Shown one piece after another: positions 1 through 6,969 of a stretch of DNA of 20,000 bases. The position numbers and the translations under genes are program-made. Within the stretch, counting starts at the first letter, position 1, and each line of letters begins with the position of its first letter. The DNA is from an uncultured virus (IMG/VR IMGVR_UViG_3300043094_000104) (Duplodnaviria > Heunggongvirae > Uroviricota > Caudoviricetes): IMG/VR virus record IMGVR_UViG_3300043094_000104. One strand, written 5' to 3'. The notes under the pieces are model-generated. The model searched no databases, was not told the origin of the DNA, and worked only from the letters and a program-made list of their open reading frames with translations.

Positions 1-3
1 AAA

Positions 4-528
4 GTGGATGGTACTGATTTTAAGATTTCTAATGAGCTAGCTAGTTTTCTAGAAGCTACTAATAGTCTTAATGATGATACTATCACTAAAACCATCAGCA
101 AAGCTGGTGTAATTACATTGAAAATTAAGAGTCTTACTTACACTATCTGTAATGATAATAAGAAAAAGATCCTTAATATGTACAAAATTAATAATAATGA
201 AGGAGTAATTCATATGAAGACATTTATCAAGTTTATGAAACCAAAGCAGGAAAGTGGTAAGAAGAACCCTTTTAATTCTCTTATTCTAAGAGTACTTAAG
301 CCAGCACTTAATAACGTGGAATTTGAAGATATTGATGCTGTAAGATCTACAGTATATGATACACTTAAGCCACTTATGAGTGAAAATTCTAAGTGGGAAA
401 TTGAAGATAATACTAAGACACTTGGTCTTGTTGTAAAGAATGAGTATCTTAAGGAAGGTAAGGAATATCCTTCTCATAATATCTTCTTTATTAATGTAGT
501 ACCAGAAGAGTCTACAGCATCTGAATGA
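4..528 (+). CDS. Hypothetical protein; the frame is open from the window edge, with a likely internal or alternative start at ATG 214 (104 aa)
   Basis: ORF track. GAAGGAG RBS sits just upstream of the in-frame ATG at 214. The ORF is followed by a terminator hairpin. Confidence 0.6.
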   Translation: MDGTDFKISNELASFLEATNSLNDDTITKTISKAGVITLKIKSLTYTICNDNKKKILNMYKINNNEGVIHMKTFIKFMKPKQESGKKNPFNSLILRVLKPALNNVEFEDIDAVRSTVYDTLKPLMSENSKWEIEDNTKTLGLVVKNEYLKEGKEYPSHNIFFINVVPEESTASE

Positions 529-533
529 TATAT

Positions 534-570
534 AAAAGGTATAAGCTTTAAAAGCTTATACCTTTTTATT
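534..570 (+). terminator. Intrinsic terminator
   Basis: AAAAGGTATAAGCTTT / AAAGCTTATACCTTTT inverted repeat ending in a T-run, right after the stop at 528. Confidence 0.8.
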
Positions 571-615
571 AAACAAATTTTAATTTATATAATAAATTTT
601 AGGAGGACTATTGTC

Positions 616-1071
616 ATGGAAGAAAGAATTGAAAAATTTACAAATAAAGAATTTTATGAGGTAGTTAATAAAATTTCTACTGCAGTTATTAAAAGAGTAT
701 CATCAATTGAAATGAATTCTATTATAATTAGAGCTAATATTAATGATTATTATATTTTTATTGGAAAAAACTTATTTATATTTTCTCTTAAAGAATATAG
801 CGATGATAAATATATTACATTTGAACATATTCTTTTAATTAATAAAAAAAATCATAGTGTAAATAATTTTAATGATATTAAACTAAAAGATATATCAATT
901 ACTGATAATAGCGATACTATTGGTGATACTATTGACGAATTAATAACGGAAATAAACTATCAAAATGATAAAGAATTTAATAATATATTACTATCTCGAT
1001 ATCAAATTTATAAAAAGAATCTTATCTCAGAAATTGAGAAAGTTAAAAATTATATTGAATTAGTGTTTTAA
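616..1071 (+). CDS. Hypothetical phage protein (151 aa)
   Basis: ORF with AGGAGG RBS at 601-606. No recognisable family. Confidence 0.8.
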   Translation: MEERIEKFTNKEFYEVVNKISTAVIKRVSSIEMNSIIIRANINDYYIFIGKNLFIFSLKEYSDDKYITFEHILLINKKNHSVNNFNDIKLKDISITDNSDTIGDTIDELITEINYQNDKEFNNILLSRYQIYKKNLISEIEKVKNYIELVF

Positions 1072-1082
1072 AAGGAGTTATT

Positions 1083-1481
1083 ATGATAATTAAATGTAAA
1101 AAAGATTTTGAAGCTTTTGTAAGTGTTATGATTGCATCTTGTATAAAGAGTGATAAGAAAATTTATATTTATGAAGAAAATAATATAAAAACTAATAATA
1201 TGATTTATAAGCATGTATGTATTGAAAAAGATGTTTTTTCATTTATTTATAGTTTTTCTAAAACATCTAGCCTTCAGTTTGCTCATCAAAAACTTGATTC
1301 AGAAAGAATTTATAATATGTTTAAACAAGGGGAAGAAATTTCTTCTAATATTAATCTTTATCTTATTGATTGTGAACATAGTTTAACACATGATTTTAAT
1401 CTTACTTTATCAAATGAAGAAATCAATAAAGAAATTCATTCAATATGTAATTACATTGAAGTTGTACTTAATGTAATCTAA
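1083..1481 (+). CDS. Hypothetical phage protein (132 aa), possible distant paralog of 616..1071
   Basis: AAGGAG RBS. C-terminus EIHSICNYIEVV resembles EIEKVKNYIELV of the upstream ORF. Confidence 0.8.
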   Translation: MIIKCKKDFEAFVSVMIASCIKSDKKIYIYEENNIKTNNMIYKHVCIEKDVFSFIYSFSKTSSLQFAHQKLDSERIYNMFKQGEEISSNINLYLIDCEHSLTHDFNLTLSNEEINKEIHSICNYIEVVLNVI

Positions 1482-1500
1482 AATAAATAAATTTTAATTT

Positions 1501-1544
1501 AATACATAAGCTTATTTTAAATAAGCTTATGTATTTTTTTTTTT
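1501..1544 (+). terminator. Intrinsic terminator
   Basis: AATACATAAGCTTATTT / AAATAAGCTTATGTATT hairpin followed by a long T-run. Confidence 0.85.
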
Positions 1545-1587
1545 GTATTTAATTATAATGCTGAATATATATTATAATTGCGAATAA
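1544..1587 (+). promoter_or_regulatory. Putative phage early promoter cassette, copy 1 (core TATATATTAT at 1566-1575)
   Basis: 43/44 nt identical to 2319..2362. The core recurs upstream of several + strand genes and resembles phiKZ/AR9-type early promoter motifs. Confidence 0.7.
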
Positions 1588-1630
1588 AGTATTTAATTAC
1601 TTATATTCATACTTAGTGTAGATAATTAAA

Positions 1631-1745
1631 TCCAATAAGCACTTAAATAAATATTGGAGTTTGTATGTTCCCTTCGAAGAAACTCTTGGTTGAAAAGATA
1701 TATACCATATAAGAGATAACAGAGTAAAGGTAAATTAGTACAAAT
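1631..1745 (+). ncRNA. Unidentified structured 5' leader RNA, copy 1
   Basis: Hairpin TCCAATA/TATTGGA, outer stem GTTTGTA/TACAAAT, inner stems CTCTT/AAGAG and GGT/ACC around the loop TGAAAAGATAT. Covaries with the copy at 2402..2508. Confidence 0.6.
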
Positions 1746-1762
1746 ATATCTTGGAGGTCATT

Positions 1763-2230
1763 ATGACTAATCGGGCTAAAGAGAGTAAAGAAAAATGTGT
1801 GAATATGTTCACTTTTCAACTTCCGCTTATCCTGAGTACTTATCAGCTACATGCTAATATGAAAAACACTCAAGAAGGCTTAGCTGAAATACCCGAAATC
1901 AAATTGGATGAAAATATGGCTAAGAGCTTAATCTTATCCAATTCCATTATTCTTGAAAAAGATAATGGAGAAAAAACGATCTATGATTTATCTTATGATG
2001 AGTCTATAGATTGTATTGAGGAGTATGATCATGAAAGTGACGATATTCGCCGTTATTGTGCTAGCGTTGATCGTGATATCGATTATTCTAAGAGAATAAC
2101 AAACGCAACATCAAGTCTTCTTAATCTCATTATGGATAAAAAGCTTTATGTCATTTCCATCATTAATGGTGGAGTATGTCTTAAAGAAAGTGAAGGTGAA
2201 CATGTGTATAGACTGTATTCAAAAGATTAA
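1763..2230 (+). CDS. Hypothetical early protein (155 aa from ATG 1763)
   Basis: The ORF track starts at TTG 1751, but GGAGG (1753-1757) is positioned for ATG 1763. Confidence 0.8.
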   Translation: MTNRAKESKEKCVNMFTFQLPLILSTYQLHANMKNTQEGLAEIPEIKLDENMAKSLILSNSIILEKDNGEKTIYDLSYDESIDCIEEYDHESDDIRRYCASVDRDIDYSKRITNATSSLLNLIMDKKLYVISIINGGVCLKESEGEHVYRLYSKD

Positions 2231-2268
2231 TCAATAAAATGTGTGGAAAGGAGAATGATATTGATGAT

Positions 2269-2302
2269 TAAAAAACGTACTGTAATGGTGCGTTTTTTTT
2301 TT
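2269..2302 (+). terminator. Intrinsic terminator
   Basis: AAAAACGTAC-TGTAATG-GTGCGTTTTT stem-loop with a long T-run. Confidence 0.75.
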
Positions 2303-2318
2303 AGTAAAAATTATTGAC

Positions 2319-2362
2319 TGTATTTAATTATAATGCTGAATATATATTATAATTGTGAATAA
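2319..2362 (+). promoter_or_regulatory. Putative phage early promoter cassette, copy 2 (core TATATATTAT at 2341-2350)
   Basis: Near-identical to 1544..1587. Confidence 0.7.
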
Positions 2363-2401
2363 GAATAATTTATATTCTATTCAAATAAGGATGAGTATGA
2401 A

Positions 2402-2508
2402 TCTAGTAGCCTTATTACTAGAAATTTGTATGTTCCCGAAAAACATGTATGGTTGAAAAGATATAATACCAATATACATGAGAAAAGAGTAGGTAAATAG
2501 TACAAGTT
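2402..2508 (+). ncRNA. Unidentified structured 5' leader RNA, copy 2
   Basis: Hairpin TCTAGTAG/TTACTAGA, outer stem AATTTGTA/TACAAGTT, inner stems CATGTAT/ATACATG and GGT/ACC around the loop TGAAAAGATAT. Confidence 0.6.
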
Positions 2509-2529
2509 AATATTCAAAAGGAGTTTATT

Positions 2530-2937
2530 ATGTTTACTATTAATTCTGTTGAAGATTTCAAAATGATTGTAAAAAGAGTTTTAGAAGTTGCTGCAACAGG
2601 TGAAAAGGACATAAGAACTGTAAAATCCTTTAACGATAACGATGATGACTGGTTTGTAGGAATCGTCATTGAAGATGATGAAGCTCGCAATATGGTTACA
2701 ATTCAGGGAGGAAGAAATAATGACTATATTGTAGCAGATCTTTTCTTTAACGTTAAGGAGAAGGATGTAAATCTTCTTATGAATGAAAAGTATTACGGAA
2801 ACGGTAATCTCTGCCATCTGGTTAGAGTTAATGAAGATTTTACCGCAGTGCTTTCCATTCGCAGATTTATCGACAATGAAGAAGACTTTGAAGCCCTTGT
2901 CGGTACGGTAAAGTTTATGGTTATGAAAACATCATAA
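2530..2937 (+). CDS. Hypothetical early protein (135 aa)
   Basis: ORF with AAGGAG RBS immediately downstream of the structured leader. Confidence 0.85.
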   Translation: MFTINSVEDFKMIVKRVLEVAATGEKDIRTVKSFNDNDDDWFVGIVIEDDEARNMVTIQGGRNNDYIVADLFFNVKEKDVNLLMNEKYYGNGNLCHLVRVNEDFTAVLSIRRFIDNEEDFEALVGTVKFMVMKTS

Positions 2938-2952
2938 TCTAAACAATAAAAA

Positions 2953-3012
2953 ATAACGGCACTCTTACATATTCATCAAGCTGTTTTAAATTGAATTGTA
3001 GAGTGTCGTTAT
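2953..3012 (+). other. Long imperfect intergenic stem-loop
   Basis: ATAACGGCACTCT-TACA-TATTCA ... TGAAT-TGTA-GAGTGTCGTTAT. No poly-T tail. The 3' arm overlaps a TATATTAT promoter-like core. Confidence 0.6.
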
Positions 3013-3061
3013 ATTATTCACATACGCCTAAAAAATTAATTTTATTAAAGGAGAAAAAAAA

Positions 3062-3283
3062 ATGAACAATATCTTTGAAATGAACAACAATAACATGATG
3101 AGTGACCTGAACAAGGTCTTTGAAGCAAACAGAAAGCAGGATGAAAAAATGGCGGAGAATATCCGTAACATGACAGGAAATAAAAAGCCTGCAACTGAAG
3201 CCATCAAAAATCTTTGGGAGCGTTATGCTCTTGAAGGAAATATTGAAGGTATGGAAAAACTCGAACGAGTTTATTCTATCTAA
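3062..3283 (+). CDS. Small hypothetical protein (73 aa)
   Basis: ORF with AAGGAG RBS, followed by a terminator. Confidence 0.8.
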   Translation: MNNIFEMNNNNMMSDLNKVFEANRKQDEKMAENIRNMTGNKKPATEAIKNLWERYALEGNIEGMEKLERVYSI

Positions 3284-3294
3284 CAACTTCAATG

Positions 3295-3326
3295 TACCCC
3301 CTTTAATTAGGGGGTATTTTTTTTTT
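3295..3326 (+). terminator. Intrinsic terminator
   Basis: TACCCCCT-TTAATT-AGGGGGTA plus T-run. Confidence 0.85.
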
Positions 3327-3377
3327 CATTAAAGTTTAAATATTTATATTATTATTAAGCAAAGGAGTTGATTTATA

Positions 3378-4316
3378 ATGTCAAAAAAGTATACTATTGA
3401 TGATATTAAAGAAATGATTTATAATAAATATAATGGAGAATATATTTGTTTATCAAATGAATATAAAAATAATAAAGAGAAAATTAAGATAAAGCATAAT
3501 ATATGTAATAATATATTTGAAATGAGAAGTGGTAATTTTTTAAATAATAATAATCGTTGTCCTTACTGTAAGAATAAAAATGATGGAAAAACTAATAAAA
3601 CAGTTACTAAAATGACTAAAGAAGATTTTATTAAACGTTTAGATAATGATTATGAGTTAGTCAGTGATTTTATTAATTTAAAAACTAATGTAGACTTATT
3701 ACATAAATCATGTGGTAATATTTATAATGTAAGACCCGATAATTTTTTATATAATAATCATAGATGTGAATGTACTAGAGTTAAGCATAAATATACAATA
3801 GAAGATATTCAAAAGTATTTTAATAAAATAAATGACTATGAACTAATTTCTAAAGAATATGTCAATAAAAATGAAAAATTAAAAATTAAGCATTTATCAT
3901 GTGATAATATATTTGAAATGTCATTAAATGATTTTAAGAATAATAATTATAGATGTCCTAAATGTAAAGCATCTAAAGGAGAAAATAATGTAAGAACTTT
4001 TCTATTAAATAATAATATTAAATTTACTGAGCAAAAGCGTTTCAATGATTGTAAAGATAAAAGAACTTTACCGTTCGATTTTTATTTAGAAGATTATAAT
4101 ATCTGTATAGAATATGATGGTGAATTACATTATAATAAAGCTAGATATAAAAATGATGAAGAATATAATCAGGATAAATTAAATATTACTAAAAAACATG
4201 ATGAAATTAAAAATGAATATTGTAGAGTAAATAATATAAGACTTATTAGGATTCCATATACAGAGTTTGGTAATATTGAAAAGATTCTTAAAAAGGAGTT
4301 GAATATTAATGCCTAG
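3378..4316 (+). CDS. Zn-ribbon repeat protein with C-terminal Vsr/DUF559-like (EDxHD-type) endonuclease domain, paralog 1
   Basis: Three ~60-aa repeats (KH..C.NIFEM...F....RCP.C), then SKGE...LPFDFYL..YNICIEYDGELH...HD..KN.YC..NNI.LIRIPY. Confidence 0.8.
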   Translation: MSKKYTIDDIKEMIYNKYNGEYICLSNEYKNNKEKIKIKHNICNNIFEMRSGNFLNNNNRCPYCKNKNDGKTNKTVTKMTKEDFIKRLDNDYELVSDFINLKTNVDLLHKSCGNIYNVRPDNFLYNNHRCECTRVKHKYTIEDIQKYFNKINDYELISKEYVNKNEKLKIKHLSCDNIFEMSLNDFKNNNYRCPKCKASKGENNVRTFLLNNNIKFTEQKRFNDCKDKRTLPFDFYLEDYNICIEYDGELHYNKARYKNDEEYNQDKLNITKKHDEIKNEYCRVNNIRLIRIPYTEFGNIEKILKKELNINA

Positions 4317-5043
4317 AAAATTAACTTATAAAGAAGTTAAAGATATTATAGAAGAAAATGGTGAATATACTTTATTATCTAAAGAGTATTTAAATAATAG
4401 ACAGCATTTATTAATAAGACATAATTGTAATAAATGTAATAATAATATCTTTGAAAGAAGTCTTTATGTATTTCAAGCAGGTAAAAAATGTCATAAATGT
4501 GCTATAATAAATAGAACTAAATTAAAAACTAAAACTACTGAAGAATTTAAAGATGATATTAAAAGAATATTTAATGATGAAATGGAAGTTATAGGAGATT
4601 ATAAAAATAATAAAACTAAAATATTAATGTATAGTAGAAAGTGTGGTCATTATTTTGAAGGGTATCCTATAAATCTTTTAAAAGGTTGTGGATGTAATAT
4701 ATGTACTATAAGATCTAAAGGTAATGAAAAAATAGATTCTATATTAAATGAATTAAATATAAATCATAAGTCTGAATATAAATTTGAAGATTGTAAATAT
4801 AAAAGAACTTTATCATTTGATTTTTACTTAGAAGATTATAATATCTGTATAGAATATGATGGAGAACAACATTATTCTAAGAATACTTTTAGATATGGTG
4901 AAAAATTTGAAGAACAACAAAAACGTGATAATATTAAGAATAATTATTGTAAAACAAACAATATAAAACTTATTAGAATTCCTTATACTGAATTCGATAA
5001 TATTGAAAACATTCTTAAAGAGAATATAAAAGGAGAAAAATAA
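4309..5043 (+). CDS. Zn-ribbon repeat + Vsr/EDxHD-type endonuclease, paralog 2
   Basis: Two Cys/His repeats plus FDFYLEDYNICIEYDGEQH...RD. Overlaps the stop of paralog 1 by 8 nt. Confidence 0.8.
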   Translation: MPRKLTYKEVKDIIEENGEYTLLSKEYLNNRQHLLIRHNCNKCNNNIFERSLYVFQAGKKCHKCAIINRTKLKTKTTEEFKDDIKRIFNDEMEVIGDYKNNKTKILMYSRKCGHYFEGYPINLLKGCGCNICTIRSKGNEKIDSILNELNINHKSEYKFEDCKYKRTLSFDFYLEDYNICIEYDGEQHYSKNTFRYGEKFEEQQKRDNIKNNYCKTNNIKLIRIPYTEFDNIENILKENIKGEK

Positions 5044-5044
5044 A

Positions 5045-5968
5045 ATGTCAAGAAAATATACTATAGAAGAAGTTAAAAATATGATTCATGATAAATATAA
5101 TAGTGAATATATTTGTATATCGGAAGAATATATTAATAATAAAGAAAAGATTAAAATTAAACATTTGAAATGTAATAATATATTTGAAATGAGATTAAAT
5201 AATTTCTTATTAGGTAATAAATGTCCTTACTGTAAGAATAAAAATGATGGAAAAACTAATAAAACAGTTAAGAAAATGACTAAAGAAGACTTTATTAATA
5301 AATTAGACGATGATTATGTATTAATAGGAGATTTTATTAATCTTAAAACTAATGTAAATCTATTACATAAAACTTGTGGCAATATTTATAATGTAAGACC
5401 TGGAAATTATCTTTATAATAATCATCGTTGTAACTGTACTAGAACTAAACATAAGTATACTATTGAAGATATTCAAGAATTCTTTAATAAAATAGATGAT
5501 TATGAATTAATTTCTAAAGAATATGTAAATACAATTAGTAAAATTAAAATAAAGCATTTAAAATGTAATAATATATTTGAAATGAGATTTAATGACTTTA
5601 AAAATAATAATAATAGATGTCCTAAATGTAGTTCTTCAAAAGGTGAAAATATTATAAGAACTTTTCTATTAAATAATAATATTGGTTTTATTGAACAAAA
5701 ATGCTTTGAAGATTGTAAAGATAAAAGAGTATTACCATTTGATTTTTATTTAGAGGATTATAATATACTTATTGAATATGACGGTGAATTACATTATAAA
5801 GAAAGTAGATATAAAAATAGTCAAGATAAATTAAATATTATTAAAAATCATGATAATATTAAGAATAATTATTGTAAGGAAAATAATATAAAACTTATTA
5901 GAATACCTTATATAGAATTTAATAATATTGAAGAAATTCTTAAAAAGGAGTTGAATGTAAATGGGTAA
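5045..5968 (+). CDS. Zn-ribbon repeat + Vsr/EDxHD-type endonuclease, paralog 3
   Basis: Collinear and highly similar to paralog 1. IEYDGELH...HD motif present. Confidence 0.8.
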   Translation: MSRKYTIEEVKNMIHDKYNSEYICISEEYINNKEKIKIKHLKCNNIFEMRLNNFLLGNKCPYCKNKNDGKTNKTVKKMTKEDFINKLDDDYVLIGDFINLKTNVNLLHKTCGNIYNVRPGNYLYNNHRCNCTRTKHKYTIEDIQEFFNKIDDYELISKEYVNTISKIKIKHLKCNNIFEMRFNDFKNNNNRCPKCSSSKGENIIRTFLLNNNIGFIEQKCFEDCKDKRVLPFDFYLEDYNILIEYDGELHYKESRYKNSQDKLNIIKNHDNIKNNYCKENNIKLIRIPYIEFNNIEEILKKELNVNG

Positions 5969-6722
5969 AAAATTTACTTATACAGAGGTTAAAAATATTA
6001 TAGAAAAAGAAAATGGATATATTCTAATATCTGAAGAATATATTAATAATAGACAAAAATTAAAAATAAAACATTTAGAATGTAATAATCTATTCGAAAT
6101 GGCATTTACAAATTTTTATAATTCTGGTAATAGATGTCCTTATTGTGCAAATAAAATAAGAAATAGAAATAATAAATATAAAATAAGTGATATAAATAGT
6201 TATATGAAAAAATTTGGTTATGAATGTTTATCGAAAGAATATCAAAATTACCGACAAAAATTAAAAATAAAACATTTAGAATGTAATAATATATTTGAAA
6301 TGACTTTTGATAATTTTAAAAATGGTAAAAATCGTTGTCCTTACTGTTCTAATCATATTAAATATACTATAGAAGATGTTAAGAAAATAATTAAAGATAA
6401 AGATCCTGATTATGAATGTTTGTCAGAAGAATATATTAACAATAAAACTAATTTAAAAATTAAACATCTTAAATGTAATAATATTTATGAAGTAAATTTA
6501 AATAATTTTTTGAATAAAGAAAATAGATGTCCTTATTGTAAGACTTCTAAAGGAGAAAAAATTATAAATGATTATTTATTAAAGAATAATATAAAATTTA
6601 TAAGAGAATATAAATTTGAAAATTGTAAAGATAAAAGAGTATTACCATTTGATTTTTATTTAGAGGATTATAATATACTTATTGAATATGACGGTGAATT
6701 ACATTATAAAGAAAGTAGATAT
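5712..6722 (+). repeat. 101-bp identical direct repeat (5712..5812 = 6622..6722) in the nuclease cores of paralogs 3 and 4
   Basis: Direct base-by-base comparison, ATTGTAAAGATAAAAGAG...GAAAGTAGATAT. Confidence 0.9.
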
Positions 6723-6881
6723 CGTGATTCTAAATATAATAAAGATAAATTAAATAAACAAATATTACATGATAATATTAAAAATGAATATTGTAAAAAT
6801 AATCATATAAAACTTATTAGAATACCGTATACAGAATTTAATAATATTGAAGAAATTCTTAAAGAAGAATTAAATTTGTAA
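5961..6881 (+). CDS. Zn-ribbon repeat + Vsr/EDxHD-type endonuclease, paralog 4
   Basis: Three KHL.CNN.FEM...RCPYC repeats plus IEYDGELH...HD. Overlaps paralog 3 by 8 nt. Confidence 0.8.
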   Translation: MGKKFTYTEVKNIIEKENGYILISEEYINNRQKLKIKHLECNNLFEMAFTNFYNSGNRCPYCANKIRNRNNKYKISDINSYMKKFGYECLSKEYQNYRQKLKIKHLECNNIFEMTFDNFKNGKNRCPYCSNHIKYTIEDVKKIIKDKDPDYECLSEEYINNKTNLKIKHLKCNNIYEVNLNNFLNKENRCPYCKTSKGEKIINDYLLKNNIKFIREYKFENCKDKRVLPFDFYLEDYNILIEYDGELHYKESRYRDSKYNKDKLNKQILHDNIKNEYCKNNHIKLIRIPYTEFNNIEEILKEELNL

Positions 6882-6883
6882 TA

Positions 6884-6923
6884 AAATTCCCCTAAGACTT
6901 TTATAGTCTTAGGGGTTATTTTT
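6884..6923. terminator. Bidirectional intrinsic terminator between the nuclease array and the capsid gene
   Basis: CCCCTAAGACT-TTTAT-AGTCTTAGGGG flanked by an A-run and a T-run, between convergent genes. Confidence 0.8.
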
Positions 6924-6969
6924 ATAGTTGGAATATTTTTATAATATTTTATAAAAATTCTATATAAAA

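Noticed and set aside
2314..2334. TTGACT...TATAAT as a sigma70/sigmaA promoter
   Set aside because: The spacing is far shorter than the 16-18 bp required, and TTGACT is absent from the duplicate copy.
1544..2508. Intergenic repeats as a CRISPR array or DGR template/variable pair
   Set aside because: No regular repeat-spacer periodicity, no cas or reverse transcriptase gene, and the differences are not adenine-specific.
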